A DNA stretch of 64,000 bases from an uncultured Chloroflexia bacterium (GCA_963783135.1 CAWAMH010000006.1:21792-85791); one strand, 5' to 3'. Counted from the stretch's first letter, positions 30,356-39,755 are shown. The notes: generated by a model not told the origin, from the sequence alone. Translations and numbers: made by a program.

Positions 30356-31298
30356 GTGCGCGTCGCGGTCACTGGGTCGGGCGGGCGGCTCGGTCGGGCC
30401 CTCGATCGCCGCCCTCGCCGACGCGCCGTTCACCGGGCTCGCCGGCCCGATCGCCTGGAGCCGGCCCGACTACGACCTCGACGATCCCGGCGCCGCGGCA
30501 CGTCTCGTCGCGCGCGATCGACCGGAGGTCGTCGTCCACGCCGCGGCCTGGACGGATGTCGACGGCTGCGCAGGCGACCCGGATCTGGCCCTCCGCCGGA
30601 ATGCCGCGGCGACGGCCGAACTGGCCGGGGTCTGTGCCGCGGCCGGGCACGATCTGGTCGTCGTCTCGACGAACGAGGTGTTCGACGGAGCACGGACCGA
30701 TGGCCGGGGCTACCGACCCGACGACCCGACCGTGCCCGCCAACGCGTACGGGGCGAGCAAGCTCGCCGGCGAGCTTGCCGCCAGGTCGGCTTACGCCGAC
30801 CCCGACGTCGCGGGTGGGTCGCATCTGGCGATCGTCCGGACCGCCTGGCTGTACGGTCCGCCCGGGAACGACTTCCCGGCCAAGATCGTCGTCGCGGCGC
30901 TGCGAGCCAAGGCCGAGGGCGATGCCCTTCGGGTCGTGGACGACGAGTACGGCTCGCCGACCTCCGCGGCGGACGTCGCCGAAGCGATCGTCGAGCTCAT
31001 CGGCTCCGGCTCGATCGACGGCACCTTCCACTACGTCGATCTCGGCGCGGTCTCCCGAGCCGCCTGGGCCCGCGAGGTCCTGCGCCTGGCCGGGGTCGAC
31101 GTCGAGCTCGAGGAGGTCCCCGCCACGAGCTGGGTCCGAGCATCGACCCCACCACGCTGGGCGGTCCTCCAGTCGAGCCCGCTCGCCTCGGGGGAGCCGA
31201 TGCGGACCTGGACCGAGGCGCTCGCGGATCACGCCCCGTTCCTGCGCCGGCTGACGTCGTCGCTGGCGGGCGGCGCGCCGGCCGGTGGTCGGTCGTGA
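30356..31298 (+). CDS. rmlD: dTDP-4-dehydrorhamnose reductase, with an apparent frameshift near 30405
   Basis: N-terminus MRVAVTGSGGRLGRAL (GTG start). The remainder sits in another frame (ORF 29568..31298): IVRTAWLYGPPGNDF and the C-terminal RmlD domain. Confidence 0.8.
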
Positions 31299-31885
31299 CG
31301 ACGCCGGAGCGGGCCGCGTCGGGGCTGCCGGGCGTCCGATACGGCGCGGTCGTCCGCCACGTCGATGCGCGCGGCTCGTTCCGCGAGCTGTGGCGCGCGA
31401 GCGCCTACCCGGCCGATGGGATCCCGGCCGATCTGGCCGGCTCCGACGGTTCGCGGTTCGTCCAGGCGAACCTGTCGACATCGGCTGCCGGGGTCCTGCG
31501 CGGGTTGCACTACCACCGCCGGCAGCTCGACCGCTGGATCGTCGCGAGCGGGCAGGCGTTCGTCGCCCTGGTCGATGTCCGGCCGGTCACCGCCGGCACA
31601 GGTCGAGCCGTGGTCGAGACGCGGATCCTCGCGGCCGACGACTGGGTCGAGATCCCGGCCGGGGTGGCCCATGGGTTCCTCGCGGTCGAACCGCTCGAGC
31701 TCGTCTATCTCGTCACCTCCGAGTTCGATGCCAGCGACGAGCTCGGCTTCGCCTGGGACGACCCGGCGGTCGGGGTCGCCTGGCCACTGCCGATCCGGGC
31801 GACCGGTGATGGCCGTCCGATCGTCTCGGAGCGCGATCGGACGAACCCGCCACTGACGGATCTGGTGGCCAGCCTCCGAGGGTGA
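31295..31885 (+). CDS. rmlC: dTDP-4-dehydrorhamnose 3,5-epimerase (cupin)
   Basis: The GTG start forms a GTGA overlap with the rmlD stop. Motifs GVLRGLHYH and VAHGFLA. Confidence 0.85.
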   Translation: MTTPERAASGLPGVRYGAVVRHVDARGSFRELWRASAYPADGIPADLAGSDGSRFVQANLSTSAAGVLRGLHYHRRQLDRWIVASGQAFVALVDVRPVTAGTGRAVVETRILAADDWVEIPAGVAHGFLAVEPLELVYLVTSEFDASDELGFAWDDPAVGVAWPLPIRATGDGRPIVSERDRTNPPLTDLVASLRG

Positions 31886-32140
31886 CCGCGGGGCGGCCCC
31901 GGCCTGGAGTTGGTGGCGCGTCCGTGCACCGCCCACCGGCGCTCCCGACCGCACCGCTCCGATCGCAGCCGTACCGGGCGAGCGGCAGACGGACCATGGG
32001 CACCCGGACCAAGTCTCCATCGACGCCCCGGAGTCGCGTCGGGACGCTGCGCTCGTACTCATCCCGCCCGCCGGTCGAGGGTCACCTGCGTTCGTCAGGG
32101 GCACTCGGACGGCGGGCACCATCATCTGGAGACCCTTCGA

Positions 32141-33061
32141 GTGCGTCCGATCGCGGCTGCGGCCGTCATCAGCCTGCTCATCGTGGCCGGCTTCGCCGTG
32201 CCTGGTGTCGCTGCGGCCAGCCCGCAACCGAAGGTCGTCATCATCGTCGGACCCGTCGATTCGTCGACGGCGTCGTACAAGGCCGATGGGGATGCCGCCT
32301 ACGCCGAGGCGCTCAAGTACACGACGAACGTCGTCAAGGTCTACACCCCGAACGCGACCTGGGCGGCCGCCAAGAAGGCGATGCAGGGCGCGTCGATCGT
32401 CATCTACATGGGCCACGGCAACGGCTTCCCGAGCCCGTACCGGACGAGCCCGTGGCCGTACTCGCAGAACGGCCTCGGGCTGAACCCGAAGGCCGGTGGG
32501 AACAACAGCACGACCGAGTATTACGGCGAGTACTACCTGGCCAAGGAGGTGGACCTCGCGCCGAACGCGATCGTCCTCCTCAGCCATCTCTGCTACGCGT
32601 CGGGCAACAGCGAGTCCGGCCAGCCGAAGCCGACCCTGACCCAGGCCAAGCAGCGCGTCGACAACATGGCGGCCGGCTGGCTGAAGGCGGGCGCCCGGGC
32701 GGTCGTGGCCGAGGGCCACTTCGGGCCGGCCTGGTACGTGCACCAGCTGTTCACGACCCAAGAGACCGTCGACCGGATCTTCCACGACTCGCCGACCTTC
32801 AACGACAACGCCTTCACCTTCGCCTCGACGCGCACGAAGGGAGCCACGGCCGAGATGGACCCCGACGGCACGCCGGGTGGCTACTGGCGCGCGCTGACGG
32901 GCTGGCTGGATACGAAGACCGACGACATCATCGGGGCGACCTACCTCGGCACGATCGAGTCCAAGGCGACCGGCACGGCCGGGACCGTGCGCTCCTCGGT
33001 CAGCGGCACGGAAGCCGCCGGCGACGTCGACCGCGAGTCGAGGGCCTTCGCCCGGCGCTGA
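32141..33061 (+). CDS. Secreted protein. Candidate caspase-fold (clan CD-like) cysteine peptidase: 'YMGHGNG' and 'LSHLCYASG'.
   Basis: GTG start followed by a signal peptide (IAAAAVISLLIVAGFAVPGVAAA). The His-Gly ... Cys arrangement resembles the catalytic dyads of C11/C13/C25 peptidases. This call is inference only. Confidence 0.4.
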   Translation: MRPIAAAAVISLLIVAGFAVPGVAAASPQPKVVIIVGPVDSSTASYKADGDAAYAEALKYTTNVVKVYTPNATWAAAKKAMQGASIVIYMGHGNGFPSPYRTSPWPYSQNGLGLNPKAGGNNSTTEYYGEYYLAKEVDLAPNAIVLLSHLCYASGNSESGQPKPTLTQAKQRVDNMAAGWLKAGARAVVAEGHFGPAWYVHQLFTTQETVDRIFHDSPTFNDNAFTFASTRTKGATAEMDPDGTPGGYWRALTGWLDTKTDDIIGATYLGTIESKATGTAGTVRSSVSGTEAAGDVDRESRAFARR

Positions 33062-33117
33062 GCGACCGGCTCGCACGCGCGGGGAACGCCCGGACGACCG
33101 CGCGCCCGCGCCCTGGG

Positions 33118-33265
33118 GCATGGCACGCCGCGCGCCGCTCGAACGGGGATCGAGCCTGCGGAGGGCCCGGGCTGTGCGTGGCACGCTCGAACGGCGATCG
33201 AGCCCTGCGGGAAGCTCTTGGCTGTGCGTGGCACGCTCGAACGGGGGGACGAGCGGGGCGTCGGA
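33118..33265. repeat. Three tandem, imperfect ~50-60-bp direct repeats (TGGCACGCTCGAACGG[C/G]GATCGAGCC[C]TGCGG...GCTGTGCG) inside a 525-nt leader upstream of the GH18 gene
   Basis: Direct reading of the sequence: copy 1 at about 33118-33178, copy 2 at about 33179-33228, and a partial copy 3 at about 33229-33265. Confidence 0.6.
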
Positions 33266-33586
33266 CCGCACGTCGGCCGCGGTCCATGCCGAGCTGAGCG
33301 TGGTGCGGGAGGATCACGGGCCCCATAACGGCCTTCGGAGGCCGTCCGGCGCTGCTCGGCCCCGCACTCGAGCGCAGGGTGCACATGAGGACTCGGATCC
33401 GCGAGACGGGCACGCCGCAAGAGAGCGGCTCGGCGCGCACGCCCCGGGGCAAAGCGCCGGCCCTGTGTGACCCCACTCGAGCGCACCTGACGCCACCGTA
33501 CCCGTCCGGACCGGGACCTTCGGGCGATGGTCCCGCCCGCCCGCCCGCACGTACGGTCAGCGCCTGACCGCAGCCGAGGAGGTCCC

Positions 33587-36500
33587 GTGACCGACGACCG
33601 CGTCCGACCGTGCACGGCAGCACCGACCGATCGTCGGGCCGTGCAGCCGCTCCGTCGCGCCGCACAACGCGTCGGCGCCGGGCTGCTCGCCGTGGCGCTC
33701 CTGGCCGAGCTCGGGTCGTCGGCGGCACAGGCCGTGAACCCCTCGATCGCCACCGCCGGCCCGCGCACCGCCGGCGCGGCGAGCGGACGATCGACGTCGC
33801 CGGCCGTCCAGGCCCGGGACGACGGGCCGGCGGGAGCCGAGTCGACCCGCGTCGAGGCGGCGCAGCGGCGCGCGGCTCGGACCCCGGTCCCCGACGGACC
33901 CGCGACCCAGGAGCCGTCGATCATCGCCCTCGATGCCGAGGCGCACGCGCACGACCGGATCGCCTTCCCGCCGGGCGCCCGGGTGACCGTCCCGTTCGTT
34001 CCGCGGCTCGATGACGGGTGGTCGGTCGGCGGAGCCGCACCCCAGCGGCTGCCGGCCGGTGCGGCATCCGGCCGGGCGATGGCGCTGGCCGCCCAGGGCT
34101 CGGTCTGGGCCCATGGATCCATGGCGGCGGAGGCACGGGACGCGACCACGGACCCGACCGCCGACCCCGTCGGGGAGCATCCGATCGACGGGCCGGCCGG
34201 CACCGCCGCGCCGGCGGCCGATCCGGTCTCGGTGGTCGTGCCCGCGCCCGATGTCGCGGACCCGCCGGCCGCCACCGACCTCCGTCGCCAGGTCTTCGGG
34301 TTCCTGCCCTATTGGGAGCTGTCGGACTCATCGACCCGACTGGACTACCAGCTGCTCTCGACCGTGGCCTACTTCGGGGTCGGCGCGGAAGCCGACGGCG
34401 ATCTGCGCAAGCGGGACCGAGACGGGTCGATCTCGGTCGGCTGGGCGGGCTGGACGAGCTCGCGGATGACCTCGGTCATCCGGGCCGCGCACAAGCGTCG
34501 GACACGGGTCGTCCTGACGGTCCAGTCGTTCGCGTGGACCTCGAGCCAGGCCGACACCCAGTCCGCGCTGCTCGGGAGCGCGGCCGCCCGCCAGCGGCTC
34601 GCCCGCCAGATCGCGGCGGCGGTCCGTGACCGGGGCGCCGACGGGGTGAACCTCGACTTCGAGCCGCTCGTCTCCGGCCGGGCCGATGAGTTCGTCGCGC
34701 TCGTCCGGTCCGTCCGCGCCGCCCTCGACAAGGTCCACAAGGGCTATCAGGTGACGTTCGACACGACCGGCTCCATCGGCAACTACCCGATCGAGGCCGC
34801 CACCGCGCCCGGCGGCGCCGACGCGATCTTCGTCATGGGCTACGACTACCGGACCGCATCCGCGAGCTCCGCCGGGTCGATCGCCCCGCTCGGCGGTCCC
34901 GGGTACGACCTCGTCGATACGATCCTCGCGTTCACCGACCGGGTCTCGCCGAGCAAGCTCATCCTCGGCCTCCCGTATTACGGTCGGGCCTGGTCGACCA
35001 CGTCGAACAAGCCGCGGGCCGCCACGCGGACCGGCGCGAAGTACGGTTGGTCGTCGTCGGTCACCTACGCCAACGCCGTCGCGCTGGCCAAGAAGCACCA
35101 CCGACGCTACGACCGGCGCGACGCCTCCGCCTGGTTCGCCTACAAGCGTCGGAACTGCACGGCGACGTACGGCTGCGTGACGACCTGGCGCGAGGTCTAC
35201 TACGACGACGTCCAGAGCCTCCGGGCGAAGTACGACACGATCAATCGCTACGGGCTGCGCGGGGCCGGGATCTGGGCGCTCGGCTACGAGGATGCGCGAC
35301 CGGAGCTGGCCAAGGTGATCGTCGCCAAGTTCCTCCACGACACGACACCGCCCGAGACCGGGATCGATGTCCTGCCCGCGCATCAGGGTGACGAGGGATT
35401 CGTCGTGGGCTGGTCGGCGCTCGACATGAACCCGATCCGCGGCTACGACGTCCAGGTGTCGATCGACGGCGGGCCCTGGCGAGCCTGGCTGACCAGGACG
35501 AAGGCGACCCAGGCCGTCTGGCTCGGGCGGAGCGCCCACGCCTATGCGTTCCGGGCGCGAGCGACCGATGCGAAGGGCAATCGCGGCACGTGGGACATCG
35601 CCAGCCTGCCGAGCCCCCGACCCACGCTCCACAAGGGCGGGTTCGCGACCGTTCGGACGGGCTCCCTGACCGTGCGCAGCCGACCCGACACCTCGAGCGG
35701 CGCCGTCAGCCAGCTCGAGCGCGGCGACGTCGTGGCGATCACCGGCGGCCCGGTCGCCGCCGACGGCTACACCTGGTTCAAGATCAGCGGGCCGCTCCGG
35801 TCCTGGGGGCCGACCGAACCGGTCCGGACCGGCGTGTGGGTCGCCGGGCGCAACGGGTCGACCACGTATCTCACGCCGCGGACGCCACCGAACACGACGA
35901 TCGTCGCCGCCGGGATCGCCGGGCTGACCTTCGGAGCCGGTGGATCGGGGTCCGTCGGCTCGTCCGAGGCGGCGAAGGCCGCGCGCGCGTTCTCGCCGAA
36001 CGGCGACACCTCCGAGGATCGCCTGACCCTGCGCTGGACGAACGCCCTCGCCTTCGACAGCCTGACGCTCCGGGTCTTCCGGCCGACCGGCACGCTGCTC
36101 GGCACGCGAGCGGTGACGGCGACCGGTGCGGGCGCGCAGGCGTGGGCCTGGGACGGCTCCATCGGCGGCCACCGACTCGCCGATGGACGCTACCTCGTCC
36201 AGCTCGTCGGCCGCGCCGATGGGCACACCTACACCGCACCGTTCCGGCCGCTGCTCGCCGCCCAGGTCGCCGCGTACGCGGTCACGATCGACACGGTGCG
36301 CCCGAGGCTCACGAGCGCCGCGATCGGTGGCCACCTGGTCTCGCCGCTGCGCGACGGACGACACGATGCCGTCGCCGTCAGCGGGGCGTCCAGCGGGGCG
36401 ACCCGCTGGCGACTCACCGTCGCTGCATCGAGCGGACCGAGCCCTGGCGCCGTCATCCGGACGATCGCTGGGCGCGGCGGTCGACCCAGGACCTCGTGGG

Positions 36501-37510
36501 ACGGCCGGACGGACGCTGCCAGCCCGGCTCGCGACGGGCGCTACCGCGTCAGCCTGGCCGTCCTCGACGCTGCCGGCAACTTCGCGACCCGGTCCTGGAC
36601 GGTCGTCGTGGATGGGACCGCGCCGACGACGAGTGTCTCGACCGAACCGGCATCGATCTCGCCCGACGGCGACGGCGCGGCCGATAGCGCCGTGATCCGC
36701 TGGGCAGCCGCCGAGCCGGCGAAGGTGACGACTCGGATCTACCGCGGCACGCGGCTTGTGCGGACCTACGCGGGCGGCGGCACGTCCAAGGCGGGCGCGA
36801 CCCGTTGGGACGGCCGGACGCGGGCGAAGACGCGCCTCGCCGACGGCACCTACCGGGCCGTCCTCACCGCCCAGGATCCGGCCGGCAACCGACGCGCCAC
36901 CAGCGTTACGATCCGGCTCGACCGGACCGCCGGTTGGCTGCGCTGGGCACCGACGGCTTTCTACCCACAGGACGGTGACCGGCTCGCCCGGACGAGTCGC
37001 GCGACGTTCAAGCTCGCCCGGGCCGCACGGACGTCGCTCACGATCGTCGACACCGGCGGCCATGTCGTCCGCACGGCCTGGACCGACCGGAAACGGGCCG
37101 CCGGGACCGTCCGCTGGCGGTGGGACGGTCGTGCGGCAGGTGGCGCGATGGTCGCCCCGGGCACCTATGCGCTGGTCCTGAGCGCACGAAGCGGCTACGG
37201 CACGACGGTCCTGCGCCGGGCGATCGTCGTGGACGCCTTCGCGATCTCGCTGTCCTCGACGAAGCCGAAGGCCGGCCGGCCGCTCGTCGTCTCGTTCCGA
37301 TCGACCGAGCCGCTGTCGAGCCGGCCGATCGTCACCCTGGACCAGACCGGTCGCCCGCCGGTCCGGAAGATCGCCACCCCGGTCGGTCCCGATCGGTTCA
37401 CGGTCCGGTTCGTCGTCGCGGCCGGGCGCGGGCCGGCGACGATCACGGTCAGAGCCACCGACGGAGCCGGTCACCGGAACGCGTCGACCTCGAGGCTGGC
37501 GGTCCGCTAG
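33587..37510 (+). CDS. Large secreted GH18-family (YaaH/SleL-like) glycoside hydrolase with an SH3b domain and four FlgD-Ig-like domains
   Basis: GAGGAGG ribosome-binding site plus a GTG start. Arg-rich signal peptide RRAAQRVGAGLLAVALLAELGSSAAQA. GH18 motifs FGFLPYWE, DGVNLDFEP, IFVMGYDY and LILGLPYYGRAW. SH3b domain (GFATVRTGSLTVRSRPDTSSGAVSQLERGDVVAI...YTWFKI). Four repeats of FlgD-Ig type (FSPNGDTSEDRLTLRW, ISPDGDGAADSAVIRW, FYPQDGDRLARTSRATF and others). Confidence 0.8.
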   Translation: MTDDRVRPCTAAPTDRRAVQPLRRAAQRVGAGLLAVALLAELGSSAAQAVNPSIATAGPRTAGAASGRSTSPAVQARDDGPAGAESTRVEAAQRRAARTPVPDGPATQEPSIIALDAEAHAHDRIAFPPGARVTVPFVPRLDDGWSVGGAAPQRLPAGAASGRAMALAAQGSVWAHGSMAAEARDATTDPTADPVGEHPIDGPAGTAAPAADPVSVVVPAPDVADPPAATDLRRQVFGFLPYWELSDSSTRLDYQLLSTVAYFGVGAEADGDLRKRDRDGSISVGWAGWTSSRMTSVIRAAHKRRTRVVLTVQSFAWTSSQADTQSALLGSAAARQRLARQIAAAVRDRGADGVNLDFEPLVSGRADEFVALVRSVRAALDKVHKGYQVTFDTTGSIGNYPIEAATAPGGADAIFVMGYDYRTASASSAGSIAPLGGPGYDLVDTILAFTDRVSPSKLILGLPYYGRAWSTTSNKPRAATRTGAKYGWSSSVTYANAVALAKKHHRRYDRRDASAWFAYKRRNCTATYGCVTTWREVYYDDVQSLRAKYDTINRYGLRGAGIWALGYEDARPELAKVIVAKFLHDTTPPETGIDVLPAHQGDEGFVVGWSALDMNPIRGYDVQVSIDGGPWRAWLTRTKATQAVWLGRSAHAYAFRARATDAKGNRGTWDIASLPSPRPTLHKGGFATVRTGSLTVRSRPDTSSGAVSQLERGDVVAITGGPVAADGYTWFKISGPLRSWGPTEPVRTGVWVAGRNGSTTYLTPRTPPNTTIVAAGIAGLTFGAGGSGSVGSSEAAKAARAFSPNGDTSEDRLTLRWTNALAFDSLTLRVFRPTGTLLGTRAVTATGAGAQAWAWDGSIGGHRLADGRYLVQLVGRADGHTYTAPFRPLLAAQVAAYAVTIDTVRPRLTSAAIGGHLVSPLRDGRHDAVAVSGASSGATRWRLTVAASSGPSPGAVIRTIAGRGGRPRTSWDGRTDAASPARDGRYRVSLAVLDAAGNFATRSWTVVVDGTAPTTSVSTEPASISPDGDGAADSAVIRWAAAEPAKVTTRIYRGTRLVRTYAGGGTSKAGATRWDGRTRAKTRLADGTYRAVLTAQDPAGNRRATSVTIRLDRTAGWLRWAPTAFYPQDGDRLARTSRATFKLARAARTSLTIVDTGGHVVRTAWTDRKRAAGTVRWRWDGRAAGGAMVAPGTYALVLSARSGYGTTVLRRAIVVDAFAISLSSTKPKAGRPLVVSFRSTEPLSSRPIVTLDQTGRPPVRKIATPVGPDRFTVRFVVAAGRGPATITVRATDGAGHRNASTSRLAVR

Positions 37511-37537
37511 GCGGCGCGGCGCGCCTCGGCTCTCCCG

Positions 37538-37543
37538 TACACT
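37538..37543 (+). promoter_or_regulatory. -10-like TACACT ending 6 nt before the ppm GTG start; the transcript is probably leaderless
   Basis: Hexamer position relative to the GTG at 37550. Confidence 0.25.
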
Positions 37544-37549
37544 GCTCGC

Positions 37550-38386
37550 GTGACGGTCGAGTCCTCTGGTCCAGTCGCGCATGCCGACGAGGTGATCGTG
37601 ACGATCTCACCCCTTCCGGTGCCCGATCCCAGCTTGCCGGTCGGGACGGGCGCATGGGTCGTGCTGCCGACCTTCAACGAGGCGGAGAACCTCGGTCCGA
37701 TCGCGACGGCGATCCTCGAGCAGCTCCCGGGGGCGACCCTCCTCGTCGTCGACGACGGCTCGCCCGATGGCACCGGAAAGCTCGCCGACGACCTCGCCGA
37801 CGACGACCCTCGGGTCCGGGTCCGGCATCGCAGTTCGAAGCAGGGGCTGGGCCGGGCATATCTCGACGGTTTCGGGGTCGCGATCGCCGGTGGCGCGGGC
37901 ATCGTCGTCCAGATGGACGCCGACTTCAGCCACGACCCGTCGATCCTGCCGAGCCTGATCGCGCCGATCGGCGCCGACGAGGCCGACCTGGTCATCGGCT
38001 CACGCTACGTCGCGGGTGGCGGCGTCCGCGACTGGGGCATCGTCCGCCGCGTCATCTCGCGCGGTGGCAGCCTCTTCGCACGGGTGGTCCTCGGGCTCAA
38101 GCCGCACGATCTCACCGGCGGGTTCAAGGCCTGGCGCTCGTCGACCCTGGCTGGGATCCCGTTCGACGGCGTGCATGCCGGCGGGTACGTGTTCCAGATC
38201 GAGATGACCTACCGGGCAAGCCGTCTGGGGGCGCGCGTGACCGAGGTGCCGATCGTCTTCCAGGATCGGCGCGCGGGCCAGTCGAAGATGTCGCGCCGGA
38301 TCATCGTGGAGGCGCTGATCGTCGTCCTCACGCTGCGCTGGGACGAGCTGCGCGGTCGAGGTCCCCGCCCGAAGGATCGGGCCTGA
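37550..38386 (+). CDS. Polyprenol/dolichol-phosphate mannosyltransferase (GT2, Ppm1/DPM1-like)
   Basis: VVLPTFNEAENL, VVDDGSPDGT, QMDADFSHDP and GSRYVAGGG motifs. Length of about 270 aa matches actinobacterial Ppm1. Confidence 0.8.
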   Translation: MTVESSGPVAHADEVIVTISPLPVPDPSLPVGTGAWVVLPTFNEAENLGPIATAILEQLPGATLLVVDDGSPDGTGKLADDLADDDPRVRVRHRSSKQGLGRAYLDGFGVAIAGGAGIVVQMDADFSHDPSILPSLIAPIGADEADLVIGSRYVAGGGVRDWGIVRRVISRGGSLFARVVLGLKPHDLTGGFKAWRSSTLAGIPFDGVHAGGYVFQIEMTYRASRLGARVTEVPIVFQDRRAGQSKMSRRIIVEALIVVLTLRWDELRGRGPRPKDRA

Positions 38387-38395
38387 GCGTCGCCG

Positions 38396-39618
38396 TCAGA
38401 CGGCGAACCGACTCGGCGCCGACGCCCCGCTCGGCGACGGGCTCGGCGAGACGCCGGGGGATGCCGCGGGCGGAGGCGCACCCTTGGTGATCGTGACCTT
38501 CGTCCCGGTCGGCATGACGTTGATGAACGTCTGACCGGCCGTGAGGGTCACCTCCTGGCCGGCCGCGTCGTAGAACTTCGTCGGGCCGGTGAGTGACTTC
38601 TTCCGCCAGGTGCCCTTGATCGTCCGGCCGTTCGTCGAGATCCAGGCGATGCCGCTGCCGATGACCTTCGCCTCGAGACGATGCTTCGGGCTGCCGTCGT
38701 TGAGCGGCCCGAAGCGCATCAGCATGACGATCACGTTCTTCGGTGCGACCCGCTTCTTCGTCGCCGCATCCTTCTGCTTGCCCTCGACGCTGACCGAGCG
38801 CAGGTACGTGTTCGTCTCCCGGTTGTACTCGTAGCGGATCGAGCTGGTCGGGTAGGCGAAGCTGATCCTGCCGCCGACGGGGCGCGCCTCGAGCGGCGCA
38901 TCCGGCGCGAACTGCCAGATCGGCTGGTAGTCCCGCGCCTTCGCCCCGAGCCGCCTGGCGAGCGCGTCGAGCTGCTTGCCGGTCGTGTACAGGTTGTGCG
39001 GCGCGAACCGATTGCAGACCCGCCGGAACGTCCCGGCCCAGCGGAACTCGTCGGCGTTGTAGACGAGCTGGCCGTTGCCCTTGGCCGCCAGGGTCTTCAT
39101 CGCCTGGGGTGATCCACCGGCATGGGCGTAGACCGCCCGCCACTCGGCCGCCCAGGCGATGTAGTAGTAGCGCGAGCTCCGGACCGGGCCCACGTCGGTC
39201 GGCCGGTTCTCACCGAAGACCATCATGTAGCGCGGGATGCCGCCTTCGGCCGGTGCCTGCCAGACGATCGACGCCGAGCTGAACCCGGATTGCGGGCGGG
39301 CGGGCGAGAGGTCGTCGATCATCACCGCGATCGGATGGCGTCGGGCGGCGGCCGGCAGTGACCGGCAGGCCGGTCAGCGGCGCAGGCACGAGGATCGGGC
39401 GTGGGTTCCGGCGTCGGCGTCGGCAGCGGCGTCGCCGTCGGGCTCGGCGTGGATGACGGGCTGCTCGTCATCGAGGGTGGTGGCGCCGCGCTCGGTGAGG
39501 CCGGGAGGCTCGCGATGGCCGGCTGACTGGGGGTCGAGCTGCCACAGGCGCCGGCGAGCACGCCGACGACCAGGGCGAGGGCCGACCAGCGCAGCGGGAC
39601 CACGACTCGGAACGGCAT
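38396..39618 (-). CDS. DUF3048 (YerB-like) lipoprotein, with an apparent frameshift between the lipobox/linker and the domain near 39330-39400
   Basis: ORF 39322..39618 supplies the lipobox LAGACGSS and a Pro/Ser/Thr linker. ORF 38396..39325 supplies the DUF3048 core (DDLSPARPQSGFSSASIVWQAPAEGGIPRYMMVF). Confidence 0.6.
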
Positions 39619-39755
39619 CAGGGATCCTCACGATCCGGGCCGCCTCCGGGCCCGACGCCGGGCAGGATACCCCGAGTCGGTCAAGACCACGTCTCGCGCC
39701 CCTTCGGCCCGGCCGCGGTAGGCTGGGCATCCGTCCAGATCCGAGGAGCCGACCC

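Noticed and set aside
33118-33265. Possible mini-CRISPR array in the tandem-repeat region
   Set aside because: Whole units of about 50-60 bp repeat, including the would-be spacers (the ATCGAGCC(C)TGCGG portion recurs). There are no unique spacers, only 3 copies, and no cas genes nearby. It is better described as a tandem repeat within a leader RNA.
34328-37582. 1084-aa minus-strand ORF opposite the GH18 gene
   Set aside because: Antisense to a plus-strand gene with multiple conserved domains. No motifs in the translation.
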